Shown here: one piece after another, positions 1-12,599 of the stretch
Position numbering within the stretch: the stretch's first letter is position 1
How the letters are laid out: every line of letters starts with the position of its first letter
Source: Diplonema japonicum
Taxonomy: Eukaryota > Protista > Euglenozoa: Diplonemea
Direction: 5' to 3'
DNA length: 64,000 bases
Assembly: GCA_964019335.1 (NCBI GenBank)
Contig: OZ025695.1
Location: 186,001-250,000, forward strand
Notes under the pieces: model-generated
The model's input: the letters and a program-made list of their open reading frames with translations, nothing else
Databases searched by the model: none
Told to the model about the DNA's origin: nothing
Made by a program: the position numbers and the translations under genes

Positions 1-240
1 TACGTAAGGAGGGGGGATGAGCGAGAAATAAAAAAAAAAAAAGAGGGGGAGAAAAAAAAGAAGAAGAAAAAAAACCGTCACCCTCCTGCTCCCCTTCCCC
101 CTCCGCGCGATCTTGCAAAGGATTGATAGAAGAGGTACAGGGAGGCGAGGGGGGGGAAAAAAAAATGGTGGGAAGTTTAGAAAAAAAAGAGAGAAAAAAA
201 AAGAAAAATTTGTGTTTTTTTTCTTTTTTTTCCCCTCCCC

Positions 241-3200
241 CTAGAAGCAGTTCTTCCAGGGTTTGTAGCAAATACTATCGTCTCGATCCCCTTTGCACAT
301 TTTGACCTTCATGTTATATGTGTTGCCGCCATTCCTCCATTTGCTCTTTCTGGAATACTCAACCTGGCCCACCCACTTCCCGTTGGCGTGGTAGTAGGTC
401 GGGTAGTCATGGCACTCACTGTAGAACTGACACTCCTCGTTGAGGGCACCCTCGAAAACAGCAGCTACCTGAGGGATCACCTCGACTGCGTTCATTTGAA
501 CTGCAGCTAGGTTGTGGGTGTGCGCATAGCCAGCCAGCCACAGCATGTAGGTTACCGCTGCGTCTTTGACCTGCTGCTCTGTCTTCCCATTCTTGGTCTC
601 GATGCGGCTGTAGCACTCCCAGTTGGTGAAGCAGTCAGTGTCATCAAATATCACGCCATCGCACCCAGCCGCGGCTGCTGCGTCCACCCTCGGTCCCACC
701 GCTGCCTGCACGCCCTGTAAATCCGTCACGTCGATCCACTCTGAGCTCCACCCGTCTATGGGCCCCAGCGCCACAGCATCCCACGCTGCCTGGTTGTCCA
801 TCACATCCTGCGCCCCGTACGACATCATCCCAGCGGAGAACTTGCACAGCACGATCTTATCTTGTGCTTTGTATGCTGCGATGTCCCCTGCAGGCAGGGT
901 GGCAGGCACTACCACGATCTTCTGCCCAGTAGGATCATCGCTGCCACCCGAGTAGAAACCAAAGGCAAGGTTTGCCCACCCGTACTCAGGGAGCAAGGCT
1001 GTGATTGAGCCAGATGGCGGTTGGGGTGTCGGCTGAGGAGTGGGCACAGGAGTAGGTTCGGGTGTAGGCACGGGCGTGGGTTCAGGAGTCGGTACAGGAG
1101 TAGGCCCGGGAGTAGGCACAGGCGTGGGTTCGGGAGTCGGTGCAGGTGTAGGCTCGGGAGTGGGCACAGGGGTAGGTTCGGGAGTAGGCACGGGCGTGGG
1201 TTCGGGAGTCGGTGCAGGAGTAGGTTCGGGAGTCGGCACAGGAGTAGGTTCGGGAGTAGGCACAGGGGTAGGTTCGGGAGTAGGCACAGGGGTAGGCACA
1301 GGAGTAGGTTCGGGAGTCGGCACAGGGGTAGGTTCGGGAGTAGGCACAGGAGTAGGTTCGGGAGTAGGCACAGGGGTAGGTTCGGGAGTAGGCACAGTAG
1401 TAGGTTCGGGTGTGGGCACAGGCGTGGGCGCGGGAGTAGGCACAGGTGTAGGGTTCTGCCCCCATGGCACGACCACGTCGTCGTCAAAGGTGTCAATCCA
1501 GTTGCCGTTTTGGCAGAGCCCGTTGTTGTTGCTACCGTCGCAGTACTTGGTGGCCATTTTGTAAGTATCGTGGCCTTCTTCCCAATTACTATTGTCACTA
1601 TACTCAATGTTTCCGACCCACTTCCCTTGCTGGTGGAAGTAGTTGAGGTAGTTGCTGCACTCGTCGTAGTACTGGCACTGCTCGTTGACGGCACCATCGT
1701 AGAGGTGCGACATAGTGGGGATCAGGTCGATTGCGTTCTTCATGACAATGGAGAGACCAAGGCCGTGGGCGTAGTTGATTTGCCATTCATTGTAAGCAAT
1801 CTGCGCGGTCTTGACCTGCGCCTTGGTGTACCCGCTGATCTGATTGTAACAGGCACTGTTGTCGTAGCAGTCGATGTTGTCCGGCTCTATCCCGTGGCAT
1901 CCCTTTGCCTGTGCGGTATCGAAGCGTGGTGCCATGAGGGCACTCACGGCGGATAGTTTCGTGACGTCGATCCATTCCTCGTCCCAGTTGGACATGCTGC
2001 CCACTGCGATTGCCTTCCATGCGTCCCTGTTTGCATTCGCATCTCCTCTCCACGGCTCAACAGAACCCACGCTGATGTAGCACAGCACAATGTGCCCCGC
2101 GTCCCTCACGGCACGAATCTCGCTCTCGTCTTCCTCCCAGTCCATCACCACGATCTTGCGGTTCGCAATGGTGTCCTTTCCCCCATTGTTCCAGCCCCAT
2201 GCCATGTTGGCCCACCCGTAAGTGGGGAGGAGCGGTGGCCATGACACCGAGGGGATGACTGTCAAAGCAAACAATTCGTGGTGCCTGAGGACCGGGTCCC
2301 ACGAGATTTGCGTGCCCAACTGGATGCTGTACAAGGGGTCGTCGTTGGCAGGGTCCGTGATGATCAAGGTGACAAGGTGCACGCCAGTGGCGGACGGTGC
2401 TGTCATTGTGATGCTTGCGGTGCCAGTTGTACCAGGCGCGACAGTCATGAGTTGGAACGAGTTATCTTCAAACACAGTACCGCCGACCTTCACCTTGACG
2501 GAGAAGTCGCGGGTCAGCTTCCCCCAGCCAACGTTCTCAATGTCTAGAGTGACTGTTGTCGTAGCCGAAGGTGCCATGGGTGCCGAGTCGTATTCCACAC
2601 GCGACAGATGGAACCGGTACCCAAGGTTCTTCTGGATTGTAGAAAGGCAACCCTCATTGCTCCACCCATCGATGACGTCCCCCCAGTAGTGGATGTTCAG
2701 GTAATCGTAGTGCAAGGCTTCCATTTCGTGAGTGGCCTCGGCGCATGAGAACCTCGACCCTGCAGATGTGGACCAACATGTCTCGCCGCCCATGGCGATG
2801 GAGAGTGAGACGTCTTTGGCGTAGTTCCAAAGCTCTTGCGAGTTTGCGTAGCCGTGGGTTATGCCCCCATACCCTTGGGAAAAGGTGTACTTGTCGATTT
2901 CGTCAGCTGGGGTGTTGGAATTATTGGAGGCGAGGAAGCAATCGTTGTGCATCCCGATCTCGTCGATGTCGGCTTCTAACTTAAAAGCAGGGCGTCTTGC
3001 CAACACAGGAATGTCGGTGTGGAAGGCGTTCCGGAGGTAGGTGATGAGGGCGATGCGGTTGGCCTGCACCTCCAGCTGGTCGTTGGTGATATGACCGTCG
3101 TTATTTGCGTCAATATATATCCCATAGGCGTGCCACTCCCCCCATGGCCCGAGGACGCCTGCTTCGATGAACGCAACGGCTTCGGGCATTGTGTTGACGA

Positions 3201-3600
3201 TGGCAGCGATCTTTGTGATGTGCCCTTGAGCAAGGCTTGTAGAGGCTGGGTAGTAGTGCCCGCATGCATTTTTGTGTCCGGTCTTGCTGTAGACAATCCT
3301 CAAGAGCACACGCTTACCAATGCTTTTCACATTCGTCAAAGATGTTTGAACCTGAGCTTCCACAGGGCTTATGTCTACCGTGTTGCAGTAAGGCCCCAGA
3401 TCCACAAGGTACCTTACTATCGCGTGCTCCTTGCCCCTTGCCACAAACTGGGCGGGGGTGATGGCTAACGGTTCAGTGTCCGCGACGTAAAACCCCCTTA
3501 AAGGGTTCCCCGAGAGTGTGTCATCTGACTGCGCCGGGTTCAGCACCGTCCCCTGAACTGTGTACACTGCACAGACTAGGATCCCTGCAAGAACCCTCAT
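241..3600 (-). CDS. Secreted multi-domain glycoside hydrolase: DUF4874/DUF4832-like module, Ig-like domain, GH114, Pro/Thr linker, second GH114
   Basis: Signal peptide [17 protein letters not shown] from ATG 3600 (the ORF extension upstream is homopolymer-rich). [32 protein letters not shown] and KNLGYRF are typical of DUF4874/4832. GH114 motifs are [36 protein letters not shown]; the second copy has [11 protein letters not shown] and GALNEEC. Confidence 0.85.
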   Translation of the reverse strand: MRVLAGILVCAVYTVQGTVLNPAQSDDTLSGNPLRGFYVADTEPLAITPAQFVARGKEHAIVRYLVDLGPYCNTVDISPVEAQVQTSLTNVKSIGKRVLLRIVYSKTGHKNACGHYYPASTSLAQGHITKIAAIVNTMPEAVAFIEAGVLGPWGEWHAYGIYIDANNDGHITNDQLEVQANRIALITYLRNAFHTDIPVLARRPAFKLEADIDEIGMHNDCFLASNNSNTPADEIDKYTFSQGYGGITHGYANSQELWNYAKDVSLSIAMGGETCWSTSAGSRFSCAEATHEMEALHYDYLNIHYWGDVIDGWSNEGCLSTIQKNLGYRFHLSRVEYDSAPMAPSATTTVTLDIENVGWGKLTRDFSVKVKVGGTVFEDNSFQLMTVAPGTTGTASITMTAPSATGVHLVTLIITDPANDDPLYSIQLGTQISWDPVLRHHELFALTVIPSVSWPPLLPTYGWANMAWGWNNGGKDTIANRKIVVMDWEEDESEIRAVRDAGHIVLCYISVGSVEPWRGDANANRDAWKAIAVGSMSNWDEEWIDVTKLSAVSALMAPRFDTAQAKGCHGIEPDNIDCYDNSACYNQISGYTKAQVKTAQIAYNEWQINYAHGLGLSIVMKNAIDLIPTMSHLYDGAVNEQCQYYDECSNYLNYFHQQGKWVGNIEYSDNSNWEEGHDTYKMATKYCDGSNNNGLCQNGNWIDTFDDDVVVPWGQNPTPVPTPAPTPVPTPEPTTVPTPEPTPVPTPEPTPVPTPEPTPVPTPEPTPVPTPVPTPEPTPVPTPEPTPVPTPEPTPAPTPEPTPVPTPEPTPVPTPEPTPAPTPEPTPVPTPGPTPVPTPEPTPVPTPEPTPVPTPQPTPQPPSGSITALLPEYGWANLAFGFYSGGSDDPTGQKIVVVPATLPAGDIAAYKAQDKIVLCKFSAGMMSYGAQDVMDNQAAWDAVALGPIDGWSSEWIDVTDLQGVQAAVGPRVDAAAAAGCDGVIFDDTDCFTNWECYSRIETKNGKTEQQVKDAAVTYMLWLAGYAHTHNLAAVQMNAVEVIPQVAAVFEGALNEECQFYSECHDYPTYYHANGKWVGQVEYSRKSKWRNGGNTYNMKVKMCKGDRDDSICYKPWKNCF
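1021..1455 (-). repeat. Coding 24-nt minisatellite encoding a (PTPEPTPV)n linker, about 17 units
   Basis: Tandem ggttcgggagtaggcacaggagta-like units separate the two GH114 domains. Confidence 0.95.
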
Positions 3601-4060
3601 GTTAGAGAAAAAACAAACAAAAGCTTTTTTTTTTTTTGTTTTGTTTCGTGGAGTTGCTTTACACCAGAAAGAAAGGGGAAAACAAAAAGCATGATACATC
3701 AGAAAGAATGGAGTGTTTTCAACACTTACAGGAGTGGGGAAAAGAATAGAACAATGCCTGGCGCACAAGCATTTCTCAGGTTGCTTCCCTTCCGCACTGA
3801 AGGACGCATGGTTGCAGGTAGAACCGAGCAGCGTGTCGGGTAAAAAAAAAGGAGATAAGGGGCTCTCTGATCTGGGCTTTTTTTCTTTTTTTTTTTTTTG
3901 TGCCATTCGCGTCAATAAGACAGAGCGGATCTAAAAAGAACCGAACAAACACACAGCCCATTCCCCTCTTTAAAGAAGAAAAAAGCAGCTCAATACTTTT
4001 TTTTCTCTATCCCCCCCCTAGTCCCTCCCTTCTTTCCCCCCCCTTTTTTTCCCCCTCCAT

Positions 4061-5062
4061 TCACATCCAAATCACCGTTTGCAAGTCCCTCGCATGCTGC
4101 ACGAATTTTTTCTTGTTGCACCTATTGTTAACAAAAAAAAATCTTTTTTTTTTTTTCTTCTAAAAAAAAAAAATATCATACGATTCCGCACTCGTCATCG
4201 CCACAAATTCAGTGAGGCTCATCTCCCCTTCAGGGGTGGAAATTGAAGGGTTCTCCGCCGTTCCCATCACAGAACACTCATCAAGATTGAACGTCAGTGG
4301 CCCGTGTCGTCTGGTGACAGAAGGGATCTGGACGGGGAGCTCGTCCGAAAGATATTCAGAAGAAACCTGCAAAAGCTGTTCTCGTTCATCGGCACTGCCT
4401 TGGGTGTAGGCTGAAGCTGATGGCACATCGGGTATGACGGCTGTCTGGGTCTGGGCCTGGACAAGGTTGCTGACAACAGGCGATGCAGTCACCTTTCTCT
4501 CAATGATCGCAAAAGCACTTGCAAGAGTGTAGTCTTGCCGGAGCGTAGCCGGAAGGTACGTTTTGATAGAGTTGACAAATTTCTTCCTTTCAGCATCACC
4601 GGAGACAGCAAGGGAGAAGAGGAGTCGTCGTATCTCGGTTACACCCTTTGCGCTCTCCCCACCTATGTTGAGCATGACAGATTCGTCACCGTTGCTGCTA
4701 ATGAGTAGTTTCAGCTCTATGTCCTGGATTTTGAGTTTCTTTTCGACTTTCTCGGACGATAACGTTGATGTTTTTTCTGTTTTTGGTGGGGTCTGCACCA
4801 CTTCCTCCTCGACTAGTTGTTTCGCGGCCTCCTCGAAGACGAGGTCCTCTTGGCTCTTCGTTGCCTCTGCTATGGTCTGCGTGTACCGCACGAATTGCTT
4901 CAAATCCCGAAACTGCTGGTTCTTCGTCTTGCATGTCACCTCCATCACCCCTTCCTTCTCCAACGCCCTGTATTTCGGAGTCTCCACTGTGACAACCCAC
5001 CCCTCCGCTATTTTCCGCCCCAACTGTGCCGGGCACCGTAAAAACCTGCGCGTCGATAGCAT
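4061..5062 (-). CDS. Hypothetical protein, probable mitochondrial presequence, 2 exons (5062-4182, 4121-4061)
   Basis: Starts MLSTRRFLR after a poly(A) leader. The ORF-track end YDIFFF* reads into a GTATGA...AATAG intron; splicing gives ...SAES-CNKKKFVQHARDLQTVIWM*. Confidence 0.7.
4122..4181 (-). other. 60-nt GT-AG intron with U12/A13 hairpin
   Basis: GTATGATA-T12-AGAAG-A13-GA-T9-GTTAACAATAG; restores an open terminal exon. Confidence 0.65.
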
Positions 5063-5288
5063 GGTTTCCCTTTTTTTTTTTTTTATTGTTTTTCCTTTTT
5101 TTTTTTTTTTTTTTTCTTTTTTTCCCCTTTCCCCCGAATGTAAGAAAAATAATTTTATAAAGGACCACATTTCTTTTTTTTTTTTTTCTTCTTTTTCTTT
5201 TTTTTTTTGTCTCTCGCTTTCGTAAGAAAGGAATATTGAAAGGGAAACCGCTGGGGTTCTCGTTTCGCGGGGAGAAAAAAAAAAGGGA

Positions 5289-5326
<38 letters not shown>

Positions 5327-5327
<1 letters not shown>

Positions 5328-6526
5328 CAACACGGAGGAGTACACCGGTAATACTGAAACACCTCCTCGCAATGCCCTATAAAAGCCTTTCTGAACTCTA
5401 CCCTGTTTTCTATTATCGCACTGAACTCGTTCATTGCCATGTTCCCGACCTCGTCCCAGTGGCACGAAGAAACGAGGTGCGTCCTGACGGCGTCGACAAG
5501 AGGCCGGCAATGCTTTTTCTTAGAAGCGTAAGCGGAGAGAGTCACCTGCAGCTCGGCAAGTGTGATGAAAGGAGGGTCACGTTGAATAAAAGACAGGTAT
5601 ACGGTTTTGAGAAGAGCTTCCTTATCGCCGAAGTGTGTGCGCCAAAGGAAGTGGAAGAGGAGAATGATTGTTGACGTGAACACCACAGCGTCGCAGTCGT
5701 CGCTTTGATCATCTACAGATGGTTTCAGAATGGAAGCGAGTCTGAAGAACTCCCGCAGCGTGCCTTCGTTTTCCCTGATAAAAAACTCAGGAAACATCTT
5801 GGACATCGCGAGGGTGAACTGCACCCTGGACATCACTTCGCTTCCAGACGTTTGAAACACCTCTCGAATCTGCGCGTAATTCACAAGATTGCACATTCTT
5901 AAAAAGCTTTTCGGCAGTTCCTTAACCTGCAAGCACACAAACACCAATTTCGATGTTATCGCTGAGCTGTGACAGATGTCAGGCGGTATTGATGCTGAGG
6001 ACGAGGGTGTGCAAGAAGATCTGTTCCGTTGTTCAAAGGTGCTGAGTTGTGTGGTGACCAGCCTTGGGAGGTGTTTGCTCTGCGTCGGTGCGGTTAGCGG
6101 TCTTCCCGTCTTCACTGCTGTAAGAAACTTCTGGTTATTATTGGGAAGTCTTTGCTTCGCGAATCTCAGCATCCTCCCTGACTTCCCAGTTGACTCCTTT
6201 ATGTAATACACCGTGGTCTTCAATCCGGCAACAGGAGCCTTGTCCAACAACTCCTTGACGCCTACAGGGCATGTCTCTGCGAGTATGTTGAGCTGCGGTA
6301 CAACGCCGACCCTCTTCGGACCGATCCTTGCCTTTCCTGTTGCCCTTAGAAAATTTTGCGGCTCGAACAGTCTTTCGCTGTGGTGTTCCAGGTAGTCCCG
6401 GAACGCCAGGTCGAGGAATTTTGTTTTGTTAGCGGCCCCTCTCGTTGTTTTCTTCGGTTCGAAAAGTCTGCTCTCTTTTTGCTGTTTGCGGCATATCTCA
6501 AGGTCGGCTGCTAACTTGCCTTGCAT
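5327..6526 (-). CDS. Hypothetical protein with degenerate EF-hand-like C-terminal region
   Basis: Long ORF from MQGKLAAD; C-terminal helix-loop-helix remnants (FITLAELQ, MAMNEFSAII). Confidence 0.65.
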
Positions 6527-6745
6527 TACAGGGGGGGGTGGGTGTATCTGGTGGTTTTTTCTTTTCTTTATTTCTGTACTCAAAGGCAAAGAAGAAGGGG
6601 AAAAAAAAGGGTAAAGACTTTTTTTTTTTTTTTTATAGAAAAAAGAAAGAAAAAAAAACGTTGTTGCTGTTTTTTTTTTTTCTTCTTCTTTTTTTTTTTC
6701 TTCTTTCGGTTTTTATGTTTCTTGTTCATTGTTTTCTTTTGTTTC

Positions 6746-6776
<31 letters not shown>

Positions 6777-6908
6777 CTCGTTCATAATCTCGAATACCGG
6801 GAAAGAAAAAAGGAAGAAAATGGGAAAAAAAAAACCCCCCCGCGAGTGTGCAAAAGCACCGCACAGGCGTATGGGGGCTGTCCCAAAGCGCAGCTCCGAG
6901 TTTCGGTC

Positions 6909-6961
<53 letters not shown>

Positions 6962-7005
6962 ACACTTACCACCCGTATAAAGCTGCCATAACCCCTCCCC
7001 CCTCC

Positions 7006-8730
7006 CTAATCCACGAACTTTCTAACAACATCCTCCACCTTCGCGGCAAGACGGTCAGCATTCTCCTGAGTGTCAGCCTCAGCGTACACACGGACAATGG
7101 GCTCAGTACCAGAGGGCCGCACAAACGAGCGGGAAGAAGAATGGAACTCAGCCACAACAGCATCAATAGCCGCCTGCATGCCTTCAGGCTCAGTTGCCTT
7201 CGTCTGGTCCCACGTGTTCTTCACCCTGGAAGGGTTGGGGACCTGAACCTTGGTCATTCTGCTAGGCGCATCGACGTACAGCGAAGCCCAGTCTTGAATA
7301 GACCATCCAAGGTTGGCCAGTGCTGCTTCGCACAGCAACATGTCAAGCATGGCATCTCCACAGACAGGGGACACAAGACTGCTCACGGCAATGAGCTTTG
7401 AAGCAGCCTCTGAACCCTCTGACTGAAGCTTCTCGAGGAAGCCAGTTGAGAACACAACAGTCCCGTGGCCGTTGGCTTCAAAGTACACACCGATATCGAA
7501 CTGAACAGCTTTGTGGTGAAGATGTTTCACCCCAGTAGGAGTCATCACAACCTCCGTGCCCAACGTGTCGCGCATGTAAGCTGTGGATGCTCCGTTGGCG
7601 TAGGCTGTTTGAATGATTGCCATCGTTGGTTTCAAGGACAGCTCATCGACGTATTTTTTAATGAGTTTCGCGTAGAGAACCGCAATGCGATCGCCGTCGA
7701 GAAGGTGGAACTGCGGCGGCGTACCCTTGTAGTAGAAGTACACCAAACGGTCAGCATCGCCGTCAAACGCGGCAACGTGGTCTGTCTCCACGAAGTTCTC
7801 ACCGTTGACATTTGTAGGCGAACGCTTCTCCTTCTGAACAAAGTCCCCACCACAGAGATGGTTCAGCTTCTCATGCTCAACCACATCACCGTTCACAAGC
7901 GTGTACAAATCTTTATCGGGCAGGCTTTCCGCAAGATCTTTCATACCAAGGAAGCCAACTCCATTGGAACAGTCAATGGTGATCTTGGGTGTTGTTTTAC
8001 CTTCGTCGACAAGAGATTTAAAAGCGCTCACTGCGATGTCCTTGTAATCTGACACATCGAAAACTTTACCAGTAACGTGCGTTTTCCACACGAAAAAGTG
8101 AAGCTGCGGTGTGGTGACGACACCGTAGTCGTGGTAGACACCTCCTGCAGCGGTGATGCCGGATTTTAAAGAAGTTGATAGCGATGGACCGGTGAGGCGG
8201 GTGTCCATACCGATGTAAACAGTGGGCGGTGTTGACGGCTGTTCGATTTGAAACTTTGAAATGATGCTTTCGAGCTTTGCGGGGAGGTCCTGGGTCGGGG
8301 TGTTGGCAACGTCTTCCGCGATCGGTTCCCATGTGGCGTCAAGCATTGCGCCATTGAAGTCAACTAGTTTCATTCCGTTGTCTTCATGTTGATTATGCGA
8401 CGCGCTTAGCATTACTCCGACAGAACCTTGTTTCAATATCGCCCTGCATACCATCAACATTCCCATTCTGTAGGCAGCGGGTTCGAGCCTGTCTCCTTTT
8501 GTCCTGAACCCTGCTGTTCCATATGAGAATTTCCATTCTCCCAAGGGGTGTGCCGTTGCTGGAAACGCTTCTTTATTCACCTGCATGCGTGCGGGGTTCA
8601 TTTCTTCGTAGCCCCCTTCACCGCCCTGGAAAATGAACTCTGTCACCCCATACCCTCCCATTGGAAGCAACAGCGCTGCGGTTGACAGCAATACAACCAA
8701 ACTGTCCCAAGCAACGCCTTGAGACTGCAT
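7006..8730 (-). CDS. PGM3: Phosphoacetylglucosamine mutase
   Basis: FSYGTAGFR, catalytic SASHN, metal-binding DGDADR, sugar-binding FEANGHG and phosphate-binding RPSGTE. The start codon is uncertain. Confidence 0.95.
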   Translation of the reverse strand: MQSQGVAWDSLVVLLSTAALLLPMGGYGVTEFIFQGGEGGYEEMNPARMQVNKEAFPATAHPLGEWKFSYGTAGFRTKGDRLEPAAYRMGMLMVCRAILKQGSVGVMLSASHNQHEDNGMKLVDFNGAMLDATWEPIAEDVANTPTQDLPAKLESIISKFQIEQPSTPPTVYIGMDTRLTGPSLSTSLKSGITAAGGVYHDYGVVTTPQLHFFVWKTHVTGKVFDVSDYKDIAVSAFKSLVDEGKTTPKITIDCSNGVGFLGMKDLAESLPDKDLYTLVNGDVVEHEKLNHLCGGDFVQKEKRSPTNVNGENFVETDHVAAFDGDADRLVYFYYKGTPPQFHLLDGDRIAVLYAKLIKKYVDELSLKPTMAIIQTAYANGASTAYMRDTLGTEVVMTPTGVKHLHHKAVQFDIGVYFEANGHGTVVFSTGFLEKLQSEGSEAASKLIAVSSLVSPVCGDAMLDMLLCEAALANLGWSIQDWASLYVDAPSRMTKVQVPNPSRVKNTWDQTKATEPEGMQAAIDAVVAEFHSSSRSFVRPSGTEPIVRVYAEADTQENADRLAAKVEDVVRKFVD

Positions 8731-9086
8731 TGAAATGGGAGGAGCACAAGGAGGAGAGGAAAACGAAAAGGGGAGGGACGGATGGTCAGAGTAAGAAGAA
8801 CAATCTTTTTTTTTTTTTTTTTTTTGATCATTTTTGTATTGTTAGTTTAAAAAAGGTGGTGCATGTGCAGAAATCAAAAAAAAAAAAAAAAAAAAAAACT
8901 GAAAAAGTAAAAGAAGAGGGAAGGGTATGGGAGGGGTGGTTTTTTTTTTTTTTTTTTTTTTTTCTTTTTTTTTTTTACTTGCTTTTTAAATATGGTTAGG
9001 CCCGCCACGTGGTGAAACGGGAAAATAAAAAAAAGCGCCAAACAAAAAAAAAAAGAAAAGGCAGCTGTAAAGAAGAAGAAGAAAAA

Positions 9087-12000
9087 TCACTCTGAAAACA
9101 TTTTAAGTGCTAAAACCTGTGAGGTAGTCAGTCGCTTCGCGTAGTCGCGCTGCAAGCACGCATCCAAGACCTCTGCCAAGCTGCCGCTCAGCGTAGGAGG
9201 CCTTGCAGGTGTGGCTTCGGAAACCACGATGTGATGAAGAAGCGCCCTGAAATTGTCTTTGAAACCTAACTCGGACCAGGCCATTCTCCTTGCATGAAGC
9301 TCAAGCATAGTGCACCCAAAGGCCCACACATCCATCCCCTTTGTCAAACCAATCTTCCCAAGGGACTCAGGAGACATATACGCAGGCGTTCCTTGAATAC
9401 CAGTGCTTAAATCGTCGATTTTCTGTAAAAAAAAAAAAAAAAAGAGAGAGAGAGAGAGAGGGTCATTTCATCATCATACCCTGGAACACCCAAAATCTGA
9501 TATCTTGCAGCACCCGTCCTTCCCGTCAAAGAGTATGTTTGAAGGTTTGATGTCGCTATGTATGACGTTTCTGTGATTTTTTTTTTTTTTTTTTTTTTTG
9601 CTTCCCCTTCGGGAAAAAAAAAAAAAAAAAACATACTGGGAATGAAGGTACTGAAGCCCACCAAGAACCTGCCTACCCCAACGAGCGATTAGTGTATCGG
9701 GCACGCTTCTCTCGGCACCGAAGGTCTTGGGAACCTGCATGGAAAGGGAACTGTCCATGTGCTCCATAACTATCAAAACATGACCAGCCTCCTTCACACA
9801 CCCGTAGAAGCCCACCACGTAAGGATGGCATAGACTCGACATCAAATTGGACTCTTTAAGAACTTCTTCCAGGAGCGGCTGGTTTTCCGGTGCGGGGAGT
9901 GCCTTAACGGCAACGACAACTGACGTGTTCAGACACATTGCTTTGAACACTCTACCATATGAACCCTGACCGAGAAGGTTGGGGGCGGAAGTATCCAGAT
10001 GGATATCTGCCTCGCCCACTGTAAGGCTGACTACAGTAGGAAGGTCTATTTGACTGGAATGTTTCGGGATATGGGAAGGCGAGCCAGTTCCTTCCATTGT
10101 CATTGATATCGTGACCGACACGCTGGACGTCATTCCTGTCTCGAAGCTTCCCAAGGTCAGCATCCCCTCGTCCTCGTCATCGCCCAGGAGTTCGGGGTCG
10201 AACCCTTCAGCAGGAAACTTAACCTTACAAAACTTTTTGATATTCTTCCCTTTCAGTGTAATCGTTTCCCCGTTGTACTTAAACGGAGACCGCACCTCGT
10301 ACAAGCTTAATCCGGATTCAAGGAGGGTTTGTAGTAAGGTGCAACCTTCGTCGAGAGGGTTGCCTGATAAGTCTATCATCCCGAGATCGGGGGATTTCAA
10401 AACGTGTGAAAAGTGCAGTAAACCTTCAGGCGTTATCTTACAGTCTGAAAGGTTGATAGAATGCGCGTATCTATGGTGTTTTACAATGAACTCTGCCACG
10501 ATCTCGCAGAGATCAGGTTGCGACAGGTCCATGTTCGCGAAGTTGAGGTCCGTGCAGGAGGCGTACTTATTGTCGAGAAATGGGAAGAAATGGAAAGGGT
10601 TCTTGGTGATCCGGTCCCTGTCGGCCTTGTTCAAGATCTTGACCCGGTGCCCCGCAAGGGTGGCGTTCAGGTATATCTTCAACTCGGGCCTCTGAACGAG
10701 CATTTCGGTGACTTTCAACAACGTGCCGATTCGCAGCTTCACGTTCTCCATCTTCAAAGCCGTCAACTGTCGCACCACACTGTGGCTCAACAGTTCCCTC
10801 GCTGCATCGGGCGTGAACTCGACCTCCCCGCTGTGCTGCAATGGTGTGGGCCGGATATTCAAAATCTTCAATGAAGGGTGTCCTTCCACCGCGTTCAACA
10901 GCTGCACCACCATCCCGGACCTCATGAAATTCCCAGCGATCGATAAATTGTATAATTCTTCGCATTTTCGCAATGCCTGCCCGAGGGGCGTCACCACTGA
11001 CGGTTTGACGCATGATATTTCCTCGATGTACAAAACCTTGAGCGAGGGTGTGTTTTCAAGGACCTTACAGAGCTTTCCGATGGGATCGGATGATGTTGTC
11101 TCCTTCCAGTGATTCCGGCTGATGTACAGGCGTGAAATGTTTTTCCCCTTAACGGCTTCGGCGAGGTTATCCAGAAATTTCTCAGGGATCTTTGCCCCCG
11201 TCAGCGACAACACCGTCAGATGTTCTGATGTAGAGACCAGACGGAGGAACCCCTTTGGGTTCTCACTCATTTTGTTGTAGTTCAGATTCAGGTTTTCAAT
11301 CTGAACAAGGTCTTCGCAAAACGCGTTGATCTGCTCCTCCTTCATCATGTTCTTGCTTGCGTTGACTTTTTGAAGCGTTTTACATGCTGCAGATGCTGCC
11401 TTGGCCCATTCAGTGTTTTCTTTAGGACAGCATCGTGACAGGTCGATCGATGTCAGGCTTTCCAACGACGAAATAGCATGCAGAAGTGGAATTGCGACAA
11501 TTTGCCGCGAGATGTCGAGATGGGTCAAGGTCTTTGAGAGAGATGGGCCGGTCTTCGTGAAGAACTCCAAGAGGTCATCCTGATGGAGGTTGTTGTCGCC
11601 GATGGAAAGCACGGAGAGGGAAAGGAGAGATGTTTGTATGGCAGATGAGAGGAATGCAAGCTCTGTGTTGCTTAGTGAAACGGAAGACATATGTAGAGAT
11701 GTGATGCTTGAAGCCGTTTTGACCATTCTGAACACGACACCAGAACCGGGTATGCCGGAAAATGTCACACTTTTCATGTTTTTAATTCGGAAAATAGATG
11801 CGAAAAGAGGAGGGAACTGCTTCGGGACAACAGCGTTTGCCAAGGAGAGGTGTGTTATTCCAGTGGCGTCGACAGCTGCCACCAGATCTTTCAGGCCGTC
11901 TCCGGTGAACTCGTTTCCCCCCGCGAGCACCTTTTCCAGCCTGCAAATTGATTTTACCTTCCCGACCATCTTCGCCATGCCTCTCCCAGTCCAATTGTTC

Positions 12001-12152
12001 ATCGACATATCCAAGATGCAGTGCCCGGCCGTCCTTGTGTCTGTGTCAATATCCTGGACCATGTCTAATATTTCCCCTTCATCATATTCGCAGGCGGAGA
12101 ACGCGATAACTTTCTCATCATCGTCAACTGCCAGGCTTCCGGTGGCAGACAT
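9087..12152 (-). CDS. RNI-like leucine-rich-repeat protein with C-terminal Ser/Thr kinase (MAP3K-like), 3 exons (12152-9637, 9570-9480, 9422-9087)
   Basis: LxxLxLxxN repeats; GQGSYG and VAVK. Splicing gives YLHSQ-NVIHSDIKPSN and DFGCSR-KIDDLSTGIQGTPAYMSPE, followed by DVWAFG. Confidence 0.9.
9423..9479 (-). other. 57-nt GT-AG intron, conventional pyrimidine-rich
   Basis: GTATGATG...(CT)n-Tn-ACAG; joins DFG to the activation loop. Confidence 0.92.
9571..9636 (-). other. 66-nt GT-AG intron with U18/A23 hairpin
   Basis: GTATG-T18-CCCGAAGGGGAAGC-A23-TCACAG; removal restores kinase subdomain VI spacing. Confidence 0.9.
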
Positions 12153-12599
12153 TCGTTTTGTCGAGGGGGCCCCCTCTCCTCCTCCTCTTCCCCCCCTTTT
12201 TTTTGTTTTGTTTTTTTTTAAGGCAGAAGTTACAAAAAAAAAATGAATGACTTTTCTTTTGAAAAATGAAAAAAAGAAAACGAGGTTAGGTATTTTGTGT
12301 TTCCTTTTTTTTTTTCCCTGATAAAAAAAATGGCACGGGGGCTGTAACTGAAAGCAGAAGAAGAAAGAGAAAACTAGAAAAAAAAAAGGGGGTAGGAAAA
12401 AGCACAGGAAAAAGAAAAAAAAAAGAAAAAGAGACCTTTTTAAAAAAAGGGGGGGGGGCGAAATAATATCTTTTTACACGATCTCTTTCCCCCCCCCCAC
12501 CTTTTTTTCTTTTATAGTTTCCATTTCTATTTTTTTTTTCTTTTCCCGCTGTTTGTTCCTCGTTGATGACAAAAAAAAAAAAAAAAACGTAAAAATAAA

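Noticed and set aside
1021-1455. Regular 24-nt repeat considered as a CRISPR array or telomere-like repeat
   Set aside because: No unique spacers; it is an in-frame Pro/Thr linker.
5290-5345. Possible poly(A) intron extending the 3' end of the 5327-6526 gene
   Set aside because: Weak donor and no convincing downstream exon; the ORF already has a stop.
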